This document shows positions 35,331 through 45,305 of a DNA stretch of 64,000 nucleotides, piece after piece. The DNA lies in IMG/VR virus record IMGVR_UViG_3300023174_000040, positions 186,001 through 250,000 of that record. One strand, given 5' to 3'. The notes under the pieces are model-generated. The model was not told the DNA's origin, ran no database searches, and saw nothing but the letters and a program-made list of their open reading frames with translations. The translations under genes were made by a program, and so were the position numbers. Each line of letters starts with the position of its first letter. Within the stretch, counting starts at the first letter, position 1.

Positions 35331-37616
35331 TTATGTCTTTACTATTACGGAGGTAATGCTTGTAGGACCTAATTTAAAAATTTGAATAGATTTTATATTA
35401 TTCTTTAAATATTCTTTTTCTTCTTCATCTAAATAATCTGATATTATTTCTTTTTTATCTATAAAATTTTCCAACAATTCCAATGTAGTGATTTTTGTCG
35501 GATCTCCCCAACCCCAAACATCACGTTTTTCTGGTATTTTCACCTCTATGCTAGAATGCAGATCTTCTATTATAAATAGCCCTCCACTCTTTAATGATTT
35601 CATAAAAGAAGCAAAGGTTATCTGTTGGTCATGTATATTGTGAGAACCATCATCTATAATGATGTCGTATTCCCTTAATTTAGCAGCATAGTCGGAAACA
35701 AGTTCTTTCTTGGATTGATCCAACCAGTCTATAGTTATTCTCTCCAAATCTCTCAATTGATGTCTCACAATATCCAGTCCTAAAATTTGAGCATTTTTAA
35801 AATAATCACGCCAAACCCTTAGCGAATTTCCAGGCTCCCATCCTGCTTCCTTTAAAAAACCACCAATTCCAATTTCACAAACAAGCTTCACATTGTCTTT
35901 TATTGGGTAAAAAAATTCTTCGTAAACAGATTCATAGTAATTGTGAGTAAAATCTTTGTCGGTGGGGTATTTTTTAGAGATATCCGAAAGACTCTTGTGG
36001 GAGAAATCTTTTTTGCCTAATACCAATTTTTTTCCCTCTGGGATTATCATGGTTTCATTTTTATAATTAACAACCAAGCTCTTGAAGACTCCTGGATTTG
36101 GATCTCCAAACAATTCGTTTCCAACGACAATTGATAAACTTCCATTTATCATTTTTCTAGTCAGAATATCTTTAACATCTTTGCCGCCATAATTAGCGCT
36201 ATGAAGATCTTCATTAGAGTTAGAAAGATCTTCATTGGCAAAAGTTTTATCTTCTAAGCTAGTCTTTTCTATTTGAGAAGGACTAACTCGTTTTTTAATA
36301 ACAGATGTCACACTCGATAATTCTTCTCCCCGCTCATACAATAATTTACAATAATCAATATTGTTTTTAAGATATTCTTTATCGGCATCAGAGATGTAAT
36401 CTGACTGGACGTTGTTGTTTAATAATATTAAATTTTGAAGCATCTCAAGAGTGGTAGTTTTATTAGGATCTCCCCAATTAAACATTTGCTTCCCAGACAT
36501 CTTAGCTTCATGACTGGTCTGTAGGTTCTCTATAATAAATAACCCGCCTGGTTTTAGTTTCCTAAAAAGTTTGGCAAAAGTTATTTGTTGATCTCTCATT
36601 TTATGAGAAGCATCATCCAATATGACATCAAAATCTTCTTGAGTTAAAGCAAATTTCTCAAGATCTTCTTCTTTGCTTTGATCCATCTGGACAAAGTTAA
36701 TTCTCTTTTCATTAATTTTTATTGGGTTAATGTCACATCCAATAATTTCGGCATTATTGAAAAAGTCACGCCACATTTTAAGAGACTCGCCATCTGTGCC
36801 TATTTCACAAAATCTTTTTAAATTTTCTTTTATTGGATTGAATAAATCTTCATAATAATTAGAAATATACTTATGAGATGATTCTTTATCAGTATGGTAA
36901 AATTCCGATATGTCTGCTAAGCTCTTATTGTTGGGGTCCATTTTTATATTGAATACATCATAATAGATTTTATCTATTTTTCTATTTCTTATATGTCCGT
37001 ATCCAAAGGCATGAAAAATAAAATTTCCATCATTGTATTCACGCCAATTTAAACTTCTGTTGGTTATTATCTTGACTTTATTCTTAACATTGGAACTTCT
37101 ATCGTAGAGAACAGTTAAACAAGTTTGATCGTGCCAAAGATTGTTTTTAAAATAACCTTCTTGATTATTGTTTGTTGACAAAGATGAACAATCTCCGCCC
37201 CTCAAATAATTTCCAGCTTCCCACCAATCATTCATGAAGTTTCTGGACCATTCAGAGTTCTTAAACAATAGAACTCCAGCATTCATTTTGCTGTGTGAGC
37301 TATAATCCTCTGTTGCTATTAGATCAAAGTCATCATCTATAAATTCTTCTATTCTTATTGTATTATCTGAGACAACGGCATCCATATCTAAAAATAAAAC
37401 ATAATCACAATCATACTTTTCCATCACTTCTAGTATTAATTTGGGCTTAGCCCAAGTATGCGCCCTGTCTTCTATATAGGTTTTTATCTTATCTGTGTCT
37501 TTCTCAACATGATAGGTATACCCTTTTTCTTCACAGTACTTTTTGTTTATTTCCTCTGAAAATTTTCCATAAGATAGATTCTTTGTATAAAATTGAGCAA
37601 TTACTATTTTTTTCAT
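35331..37616 (-). CDS. Fusion: GT34 (MNN10/GMA12-like) glycosyltransferase, SAM methyltransferase, lectin-like module and second SAM methyltransferase
   Basis: WAKP...LFLDMDAV...NAGV...DQT, then two TDK...EIG...SL..WRD.F.NA.I.G.DI...DQS...I.DD.SH...GGLFIIE domains resembling MycE/TylE-type sugar O-methyltransferases. Confidence 0.8.
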   Translation of the reverse strand: MKKIVIAQFYTKNLSYGKFSEEINKKYCEEKGYTYHVEKDTDKIKTYIEDRAHTWAKPKLILEVMEKYDCDYVLFLDMDAVVSDNTIRIEEFIDDDFDLIATEDYSSHSKMNAGVLLFKNSEWSRNFMNDWWEAGNYLRGGDCSSLSTNNNQEGYFKNNLWHDQTCLTVLYDRSSNVKNKVKIITNRSLNWREYNDGNFIFHAFGYGHIRNRKIDKIYYDVFNIKMDPNNKSLADISEFYHTDKESSHKYISNYYEDLFNPIKENLKRFCEIGTDGESLKMWRDFFNNAEIIGCDINPIKINEKRINFVQMDQSKEEDLEKFALTQEDFDVILDDASHKMRDQQITFAKLFRKLKPGGLFIIENLQTSHEAKMSGKQMFNWGDPNKTTTLEMLQNLILLNNNVQSDYISDADKEYLKNNIDYCKLLYERGEELSSVTSVIKKRVSPSQIEKTSLEDKTFANEDLSNSNEDLHSANYGGKDVKDILTRKMINGSLSIVVGNELFGDPNPGVFKSLVVNYKNETMIIPEGKKLVLGKKDFSHKSLSDISKKYPTDKDFTHNYYESVYEEFFYPIKDNVKLVCEIGIGGFLKEAGWEPGNSLRVWRDYFKNAQILGLDIVRHQLRDLERITIDWLDQSKKELVSDYAAKLREYDIIIDDGSHNIHDQQITFASFMKSLKSGGLFIIEDLHSSIEVKIPEKRDVWGWGDPTKITTLELLENFIDKKEIISDYLDEEEKEYLKNNIKSIQIFKLGPTSITSVIVKT

Positions 37617-37691
37617 AAATTATATTAGTTACTTATTAAGTATTTTTTAAAGAAAAATACAACTATATATTTTAGATTCTGAAAGGTAAAA

Positions 37692-39014
37692 ATGGCCGAT
37701 ACATTAATTCAATTAAAAAGAGCATTATCGTCTAACTGGGCACTGGTTAATCCCTTGCTTCTTGAGGGGGAAGAGGGCCTAGAAACAGACACAAATAGAA
37801 AGAAAACAGGCAATGGAATATCTCGATGGAACGATCTTCCTTATTCTTCTAAACAATTCGATAATATCTACGTAAATGGCAACACAATAAGTTCTCAGGA
37901 TGTTAATGGAAATATATACCTTCGGCCAAACGGAACAGGTAAAGCGTATGTAAACGATGATGAAATTCTAACAAAAGCTAATTTTATAAACAATTCTTCG
38001 ACAACAATACCATCCCAATACGCTCGAAAAGATCAAAACAATGTATTTCCATCGCAATACGGCAATACATTTGCGGGGTTAGTCGATATAACGGGAACTT
38101 TTAGAGTTGGATCCGTCACGGTTAATGCAACTGCGGTAGAATTAAACTATCTTCACGATGTAACACCGGGAACAGCAACTGTAAATAAACCATTATTTGT
38201 TAACAGTAATTTAGATTTATCTGGATTGAGGAATTTATCACTAACCGGGGCTGTAACTTCCGTTGGCGACATAAGATCATCGGGAAGTTTCTATTCAAAT
38301 AATAAAAAAATAGCAACTGAGGAATATGTTGATAACTCAAGGAAAAGTTTTGATATAAAACAATCAGTCAGAGCCGCCACAACAGCCGATATTAATTTGA
38401 CTGGTCTTCAGACAATAGATAATATTTCTTTAGTAGCTGGTGACAGGGTGTTGGTTAAGAATCAAATTCTTCCATATGAAAACGGAATATATGATGTTAA
38501 AATAGGCGCCTGGACAAGATCTTCTGACGCTAACTCTAACAATAATTTTACTACCGGGCTTTTTGTCTTTGCGTCAGAGGGCACAGCAAATATGGACACT
38601 GGTTGGCTGTTAATAACCAACGACACCATCAACTTGGGAGTAACAGATTTAGTCTTTAGTTTGTTTAATGGAGCCAACCAATTAACTGCTGGAGATGGGT
38701 TGACTAGGACTGGGAATTCTTTTTCGGCCAGAGGAACTCTGGGTAGGATAGTCGTAACTCCTTCTGGTATTGATCTAGCCGTCATACCCGGATTAGTTTC
38801 CGGCCCTTATTCAAAGGTCATAGTGGATTATTATGGTAGAGTTGTAGGAGGATCAAATCCAACCACTCTCGCTGGCTATGGGATAACAGATGCCATGCCA
38901 TATAGTCAAAATCTAAATAGCATATCAAATGCCGGACTAGGATCTCCAGGAAAAGTATTGGTGATCGAAGGTAACTACCCAGTTTGGGGGGATATAGATG
39001 GCGGAAGTCCTTGA
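37692..39014 (+). CDS. Tail fibre protein with Mtd_N-like N-terminal domain
   Basis: IQLKR...NPLLLEGEEGLETDT...GNG...WNDLPY; SVRAATT...IDNISLVAGDRVLVKNQ; VDYYGRV...PTTLAGYGITDA; ends IDGGSP. Confidence 0.85.
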   Translation: MADTLIQLKRALSSNWALVNPLLLEGEEGLETDTNRKKTGNGISRWNDLPYSSKQFDNIYVNGNTISSQDVNGNIYLRPNGTGKAYVNDDEILTKANFINNSSTTIPSQYARKDQNNVFPSQYGNTFAGLVDITGTFRVGSVTVNATAVELNYLHDVTPGTATVNKPLFVNSNLDLSGLRNLSLTGAVTSVGDIRSSGSFYSNNKKIATEEYVDNSRKSFDIKQSVRAATTADINLTGLQTIDNISLVAGDRVLVKNQILPYENGIYDVKIGAWTRSSDANSNNNFTTGLFVFASEGTANMDTGWLLITNDTINLGVTDLVFSLFNGANQLTAGDGLTRTGNSFSARGTLGRIVVTPSGIDLAVIPGLVSGPYSKVIVDYYGRVVGGSNPTTLAGYGITDAMPYSQNLNSISNAGLGSPGKVLVIEGNYPVWGDIDGGSP

Positions 39015-39035
39015 AATTTGAACTATAATTAGTTT

Positions 39036-39776
39036 ATGACTTCTGTGGTAGTTTACATAATAAACGGTAATCTAAATTACCATAAAATGGCTCTTAATAG
39101 CATCAAAATGCTTAGAAAATTCAACAAAAACATAAGAATAATATGTTTTTGCACACATGATGAGACCATGTTTCCAGAAGAATTGATGGTTGAAACAAAG
39201 TATGTGAAGAACATAGACCCAGAATACTTCCCAGCAAACAAACAATATCTAGCCGATTTGGACTTTGACAATATATTTTACATAGATAGTGACACTTTTA
39301 TATTTGATGATATAGAAAAAATAATAAATAAATACCCAGAAGATATTGTGGGCTGTGAGAACAAGTGGGCCTATAGTGCAGACTTTAAATTATTTAAGCC
39401 CATTAATTCAGGCGTGCTATTGTTTAGAAATGGATCTAACAAAAAAATATACAAAGACTTTAATGATAAGCTCAATAAAATAAAAGAAACCCACCCCGAA
39501 CTATGGGTTTGGCTTGAGAGATATAATAAATGGGTGAGGGAAGAATTCCTAATGAGTCAAATAGTTCATGATGATAATATAAATAAAAATTATTTTAAAA
39601 GAAATCATGTTAAGATACCAGAAAATATCAATGACTTTGAATATATGGATGCGATAATATTCCATACATACACACACAATTGGGAAAGATTGCTAAAATT
39701 CAAAAATGTTAAAAGAAAAGTTTTGAGGCCAAAATTCAAATTAAACTCATATATATTTCATCATGAGCTTATTTAA
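39036..39776 (+). CDS. Glycosyltransferase (GT8-like, GT-A fold)
   Basis: FYIDSDT (DxD), INSGVLLF, IFH. Confidence 0.7.
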   Translation: MTSVVVYIINGNLNYHKMALNSIKMLRKFNKNIRIICFCTHDETMFPEELMVETKYVKNIDPEYFPANKQYLADLDFDNIFYIDSDTFIFDDIEKIINKYPEDIVGCENKWAYSADFKLFKPINSGVLLFRNGSNKKIYKDFNDKLNKIKETHPELWVWLERYNKWVREEFLMSQIVHDDNINKNYFKRNHVKIPENINDFEYMDAIIFHTYTHNWERLLKFKNVKRKVLRPKFKLNSYIFHHELI

Positions 39777-42678
39777 AAATTACGTAGAGAGTCAAGAAAA
39801 TCTTGTCGGTGGTCCTGGCATACAATTGCTTAAATCCACATTTGATGGAATGTTCAGCAGAGGAGCCCCAGTAGAATATGATGATACAGGATTTAATAAG
39901 CCTGATTTTATGTCTTTTAAGAGAATAACTAGCGATCCAAAATATCATGAAGACACCATACCCGTTGCAATGGCAAATAATATTTTATCAATATTAAACA
40001 GATATAAAAAGACCCAAGTAACTCATTATGAAGATATCAAGGCAGCAGTTAATAAAGACATAAAAGACTCATTGTCGCTCCATGATCAAGAAGATGACAA
40101 AATAACAATTGATAACAATGCTCCTAAACAATACGGCAAGGTGAAAGTTTTAATTCCCGGAGGCATAGATAAAGCTCTATCGAGGAGAATAGAAGCGATA
40201 ATAGTACAAAAAAAGAATCTCCAAAAAACTTTAAATAAATTTGGAAAACATCAATATGAAGCATGGCGATACTTCAGTCAAGATAAAAACACACTAGATA
40301 CATACTATGTTTCGCCCGAAGTCATTGATGAGATAGTGGAACTAGTAGCGGGTGAGAAAAAGATAGGCGTTAAAAAAATAGGAGCATCGGCCGCAGTTGC
40401 CGCCACGGGAATAAACACCGGATCATCCTCAGATGTTAATGTTATAGGAGTAGAAGAAACCCAGAGATATGGCAAAAGGCTTGCCATACAGTTTAATGTT
40501 CCGTTTGAAAAAAGTAAAGCCTTATTTGATGCGGTTAAGGCAGCAGGACTTTCTCCAAGTGGAATGGCATACGAAAGAAACCCAACAAGATTCTTATTAT
40601 CATTGGATAGAAAGATTCACGACCAAGTAATCAAAAAGTTCAGTGAATTTGGAATAGATGCCAAACCAATAGATGATTTTGTGGAAAAGAACCAATTATC
40701 AGTTCAATCTGCGGACGATCCTTCAGAAGAAGAAAAACCAACAAAAGGATCCGAGAGTGCGCCTACCAGTGAGAGAATAGAGTTTACAGATCCTTCCAAG
40801 GGAAGAGACGATAAACTTCATATAAAAATATTATACACAAGAGTATCTCCTCAACAAAAAGAGTTCCTTAGGGAACTTGTGCAATACACATTTCCAAATT
40901 ACGAATGGGATAGAGACAACTATTCTTATATCGTTAGGGGTAATTTTAAACAATATGTATCTTTTGGTGCAACACTTAAAAAATTCGGTTACATGTTTGA
41001 AATAACAGACAATTACACGCAGAACCCAAATAGTCTTAAACTAATCCTACAAACTAAACTTAAAAATGGCGGAGTCAAAAAGACAAAATACGAAGGGGAA
41101 GTTCCAGAAGGATTAAAAGATAAAATAGAAGAAAAACTACCTGAATCTAAGTTTGAATTATATGATCAGCAAAAAGATGGAGTGACCTTCTTGTACGGCA
41201 GACATCACGCAATACTTGGTGATGAAACAGGATATGGAAAAACTGCAATGCTTATAAGTGCTGCGGAGTTGAAGATGCAAGACACTCCTGGCGCAAAAAC
41301 TCTTGTGATTACATTGAAATCGGTTCAACAGCAGTGGGTAGATGAGATAAAAAATGTTGTAGGAGATAAATCCGAAATCTCAACTGATGCATTGAATCCA
41401 AAGAAGTGGACCGTTCTGTACTACGACAATTTTTCAAGTGGAAAACAAGTGGATAATGTTGTCAAGTCAGTCAGCGGGACAAATTTTGAAATAGCAATAT
41501 TTGATGAACTTCACAAACTAAAACACAGCACGTCCAAAAGAAGCCAGAACATACTCGTCGCAACTCAGAACATACCTTATAAATGGGGCGCCAGCGCAAC
41601 AATAAGTGCAAACAAACCAATGGACGTAAAGAATCAATTGGTTATGATCGGCCACCCACTTGGCTCCATAAAAGAAGGAAAGTTTAAAAAAGATTTTGCG
41701 GGCATGGTGCCCGGTGGTTATGGCGGAAGTTATGTTGAGGGAACATTTAGAGATAAGATCAAAGCCGCCGAGAAACTAAATCGATGGTTAAATCTATCAG
41801 GAGTCTATGTCAGAAGAACAAAGAATGAATTAAGAGAAATGCCCAATCTTGAAGTTAACGCATACACAACTGACATAGACACATCGGAATTTAGTAAGAA
41901 ATTAAAAGAAAAACTCAAGGCTTATAAGGATCCCAATTTAGCAATATCAGAATTAATAGCCTCGAGAGAAATCCTTGCTCATCTAAAAGTGGATTCCACA
42001 GTAGATAAAGCCTTGAAAATAATAAATTCAAATAAAGAAAAATCAGAAAACAATTACGCAGCAAGTAAAGTTGTCATATTTACAAACTTCGTTCAATCCG
42101 GTGAACAAATAAACAACAAGTTATCAGCTAAATTAAAAGAAATTAATCCTAATTTTAAAGTAATAACATATCTTTCTAGTACAAAGAAAGCAGAAAGAGA
42201 AAAGGTTAAAGAACTATTTACAAATGATCCTAATGCAAAAGCACTTGTAATGAGTATGAAAATGGGTGGAACTGGGATAAGTTTTCCCAACGCAGCTCAG
42301 AATATGATCGTTAATGACTTTGATTGGACTCCTGAAAGCTCTGAGCAGAGTGAGGGAAGAATATACAGAATCAACACAAACCACTCAGTTAAGATAGATT
42401 ATACACTAGCACCGGGCCTAGACACCGAAATCTATGAAGCAGTTCAGCGCAAAAGGAAGCTTGCAGAAATTATCCAAAGATACAGAAAAGAATACCAGGA
42501 TGTTCAGGCCGATGAAAAGCTGCTACAGAAGATAATTGATACTCAAGTAGAAGCAAATAAAATAGATGAAGAAATTAAGAATTTAATAGCAAAGGCTGCT
42601 TCCAAATCTATGGAGGAAGCGGTATCATTTAGCGATTATCTTAAAATATTAGAATTGGGATTCAACGCAGACACTTGA
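39763..42678 (+). CDS. SNF2/SWI2-family ATPase (SMARCAL1/HARP-like) with long N-terminal extension
   Basis: LGDETGYGKT, IFDELH, GASAT, GISF, QSEGRIYRIN; starts MSLFKNYVESQE. Confidence 0.9.
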   Translation: MSLFKNYVESQENLVGGPGIQLLKSTFDGMFSRGAPVEYDDTGFNKPDFMSFKRITSDPKYHEDTIPVAMANNILSILNRYKKTQVTHYEDIKAAVNKDIKDSLSLHDQEDDKITIDNNAPKQYGKVKVLIPGGIDKALSRRIEAIIVQKKNLQKTLNKFGKHQYEAWRYFSQDKNTLDTYYVSPEVIDEIVELVAGEKKIGVKKIGASAAVAATGINTGSSSDVNVIGVEETQRYGKRLAIQFNVPFEKSKALFDAVKAAGLSPSGMAYERNPTRFLLSLDRKIHDQVIKKFSEFGIDAKPIDDFVEKNQLSVQSADDPSEEEKPTKGSESAPTSERIEFTDPSKGRDDKLHIKILYTRVSPQQKEFLRELVQYTFPNYEWDRDNYSYIVRGNFKQYVSFGATLKKFGYMFEITDNYTQNPNSLKLILQTKLKNGGVKKTKYEGEVPEGLKDKIEEKLPESKFELYDQQKDGVTFLYGRHHAILGDETGYGKTAMLISAAELKMQDTPGAKTLVITLKSVQQQWVDEIKNVVGDKSEISTDALNPKKWTVLYYDNFSSGKQVDNVVKSVSGTNFEIAIFDELHKLKHSTSKRSQNILVATQNIPYKWGASATISANKPMDVKNQLVMIGHPLGSIKEGKFKKDFAGMVPGGYGGSYVEGTFRDKIKAAEKLNRWLNLSGVYVRRTKNELREMPNLEVNAYTTDIDTSEFSKKLKEKLKAYKDPNLAISELIASREILAHLKVDSTVDKALKIINSNKEKSENNYAASKVVIFTNFVQSGEQINNKLSAKLKEINPNFKVITYLSSTKKAEREKVKELFTNDPNAKALVMSMKMGGTGISFPNAAQNMIVNDFDWTPESSEQSEGRIYRINTNHSVKIDYTLAPGLDTEIYEAVQRKRKLAEIIQRYRKEYQDVQADEKLLQKIIDTQVEANKIDEEIKNLIAKAASKSMEEAVSFSDYLKILELGFNADT

Positions 42679-43070
42679 TTAATGGCCTGATTCATTTGAT
42701 CATTAATTGTGTTTCTTATAGCCTCAACTTCTCCCGGAGTGAGAGCCCTTGCAGATCCCAATAAATTTAACACAAAGTCACAATCAAGTTTCTTTAAAGA
42801 CCTTATGCCATTTTTCTTGTATTGTCTAAAAGCCGAAGTTACAAATTTGTCACTCTTTATATTCGGGTAACCAAACATAATATTATTACAATTTTTTTGT
42901 AATAAATTTCTTATATATGGGAAAGTTAAATAATGAACGTTGATTCCCCAAACATAAAAAGAGTCTGCGGCTGTTACCATTACATTTGGATTGGGATCAT
43001 GACCAGCCTTATGGAACATGTAGTTAAAAGAAACTAAACTACCTTTTTTAACATCCTGTATAAGGTCCAT
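42636..43070 (-). CDS. Putative DNA end-protector (T4 gp2-like)
   Basis: G..VSFNY...DP.P.V...WGINVHYL...R.LL resembles the gp2 core from memory. Confidence 0.45.
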   Translation of the reverse strand: MDLIQDVKKGSLVSFNYMFHKAGHDPNPNVMVTAADSFYVWGINVHYLTFPYIRNLLQKNCNNIMFGYPNIKSDKFVTSAFRQYKKNGIRSLKKLDCDFVLNLLGSARALTPGEVEAIRNTINDQMNQAINQVSALNPNSNILR

Positions 43071-43089
43071 CTTTCTCCTTTAATTGGAG

Positions 43090-43476
43090 TTACTTTAAAT
43101 ACTTTATCTTATATATTGTTCTGTAAGTTAGGGCTACAACCTCATCCATAATATTTTTGAGATGAGTGTCTTTATCATTCATGCTATCTTTTCCAAGCAT
43201 GAATATCTTTGCACAATCTTGGAGATAATCTTCAATATCAACATCAGAAATACTAATATCTCCATATCCGTTTAATATTCCATATTGACCTTGATATGTT
43301 TCAATAAAAGAATCCGCTAGATCCAGAATACCATCATAAAATCCATTTAAGGCTTTATGTTGACTATAACTTTTAGTTTGTAAATGGTGAACATGAGCCA
43401 CTTGGCGTGCCTCAAACATTTTCTGAACTAGGCTCTTGACGCTTTTAGAATTTTTATAATCATTTAAACTTATCAT
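43090..43476 (-). CDS. Ferritin/Dps-like four-helix protein (DUF5856-like)
   Basis: AHVHHLQTKSYSQHKALNGFYD...DSFIETYQG..G...LKNIMDE...Y.IKYLK. Probable start 43476. Confidence 0.7.
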   Translation of the reverse strand: MISLNDYKNSKSVKSLVQKMFEARQVAHVHHLQTKSYSQHKALNGFYDGILDLADSFIETYQGQYGILNGYGDISISDVDIEDYLQDCAKIFMLGKDSMNDKDTHLKNIMDEVVALTYRTIYKIKYLK

Positions 43477-43477
43477 T

Positions 43478-43984
43478 TTAATACCCATTGTAAACTTTAG
43501 AGGAATAATCTCCGGATGCACCACCAAACAACTTAGTTGAGTAGTCTGTTCCTTGTGACCTGACCATTAATTTAATGTTTTCAGGATTCTTTTCATATTG
43601 ATATTTGGCACTCATAGTGAAGAATTTTTTAAGTTCAGCACACATGTATTCAATTATATTTTTTGCACAGTCATCTTCTGTTGCATCTTTTTGTCCCATG
43701 AGATTATTATATATTTTCTCAAAGTCCAGCAGATATGGCTTTCCATAAGGATGAGTATTCGTCTTGTTTTGAACCTTGAATGCTATAGAATTAGCAATAG
43801 GATATACTCTAACTCCTTGAAAATAAGTATCGGGATTAGTTGAAAATACAAAAATATGAGGTTCTTGGTCCGAGTCAAATAGTTTATTTTTTATCTTTTG
43901 ACTCTTCAATAGATCACTTATTATCTTAAGCTTCCTATGAGCCTGCATTTCCGATTGGTTAATATAATCAAAAAATTTATACAT
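43478..43984 (-). CDS. Hypothetical protein (CTS-like start)
   Basis: MYKFFDYINQSE. Confidence 0.65.
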   Translation of the reverse strand: MYKFFDYINQSEMQAHRKLKIISDLLKSQKIKNKLFDSDQEPHIFVFSTNPDTYFQGVRVYPIANSIAFKVQNKTNTHPYGKPYLLDFEKIYNNLMGQKDATEDDCAKNIIEYMCAELKKFFTMSAKYQYEKNPENIKLMVRSQGTDYSTKLFGGASGDYSSKVYNGY

Positions 43985-43994
43985 TTTTAATCCC

Positions 43995-45305
43995 TTAGCA
44001 GTTCCTTAAAATTATTTCAGCTGCACTGGGCACACATCTCTGTATGACTTTCAAGTCTGATGGGTTACCGTTAAAGGGAAGTTCTTTAACAATGACTCCA
44101 GGAAAACTTGCAGCAGCCTGCTTAAGAGTATCTAGTTGAGCTGTCACAAATAAAATTCCATCTATCCTCTCAATGAAGTCGGACTCTCCTTTTTTAGGAA
44201 ATCCATTCTCATCAATCTCCCCTGTTTCATATAAATACTTGATCTTTAAATCTACATACGGAACAACATTTCCATCATCATCTATCATAGCCTCACTGTT
44301 TTCCGACTGTATTGTTCTTACTGACAATTTACCGTCCGCATAAGCGGTGCTTAGACAGCTTCCGAGATCTAAACCTACAAAATAAACGGTTCCATCTACT
44401 CCCACTACGTTTATGAGGAAAGATCTTTGCTTGAAATTATCTGCAATAGCTTCCATGATAACTCTTCTTCTTAGAACATCTCTCTCTTCTGGGCTGCCTT
44501 CTTCTAGCCTCTTGAGTTCGGGATCCTCCAAAAATCTTTCTGGGTCGTCTTCCCTTAAGGACCATTTTCCTAAATCTATCATTCCCCATTTTTCATTGAA
44601 TCTTGTTGATATCTTTATTGAATATGTTCTTTCATTGTAAATGATATCTTCGGAGTTTCCTCCACTGCCAACTTGGGCCGCACCTAATAATGAGGCCAAA
44701 TATTTTCTGTGAAGGTCACTCTTCATGCCCAGTGTTCCCTTCAGCTTAATAAATACATTTGTTAAATCAGAATAACTCTGAAGTGAGGTGAAGATGTGAT
44801 TGACAACTGACATCGAGGGATTATTGTTATCCAATTCCTGTCTGATAGATTTTCTTATATCCTTACCAGCTTTTTCTATATTAGAATTTTGTCTTAAAAA
44901 AAGAATCTGTAAATTGTCTTCAACAAACTTTCTTGGATAAGCCTCTAAATCATAATCCCTGATTTTATGAATATCATTTAATAAAAGACTTGTGTCGCCT
45001 TTAACTAGATTTTTAAAATAGCTTATTTTCCAAGTTTCAAAATCTTCTGATTCCTCTTGTTCTTCTGGGATGTCGGGAGATTGTGGTTCTTGCGATAAAT
45101 CTTGCGGAGAATCTTGTTTTGGGAGTTCTATCTCTGTCTCCTCTGGGGCCCCATCTGTATTTTGGTCCTGTGGTGGTTCTTCGGAGGTGTTGTTTTGCAT
45201 CACCACCTGATTGCCGCCAGTAGCATCGGAAGGAGGCTGTCCTCCTGCGGCTTCGCCTGGATTTCCAAGTTCTTCATTAAACCAATTTAAAGTATTAATT
45301 TTCAT
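43995..45305 (-). CDS. Hypothetical, probably virion/head-associated protein
   Basis: 436 aa; MKINTLNWFNEE followed by an acidic Pro/Glu-rich tract. Confidence 0.7.
   Translation of the reverse strand: MKINTLNWFNEELGNPGEAAGGQPPSDATGGNQVVMQNNTSEEPPQDQNTDGAPEETEIELPKQDSPQDLSQEPQSPDIPEEQEESEDFETWKISYFKNLVKGDTSLLLNDIHKIRDYDLEAYPRKFVEDNLQILFLRQNSNIEKAGKDIRKSIRQELDNNNPSMSVVNHIFTSLQSYSDLTNVFIKLKGTLGMKSDLHRKYLASLLGAAQVGSGGNSEDIIYNERTYSIKISTRFNEKWGMIDLGKWSLREDDPERFLEDPELKRLEEGSPEERDVLRRRVIMEAIADNFKQRSFLINVVGVDGTVYFVGLDLGSCLSTAYADGKLSVRTIQSENSEAMIDDDGNVVPYVDLKIKYLYETGEIDENGFPKKGESDFIERIDGILFVTAQLDTLKQAAASFPGVIVKELPFNGNPSDLKVIQRCVPSAAEIILRNC

Noticed and set aside
37692-39014. Diversity-generating retroelement target (because of the Mtd_N-like domain)
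   Set aside because: No reverse transcriptase, template/variable repeat pair or C-type lectin C-terminus is visible in this window.
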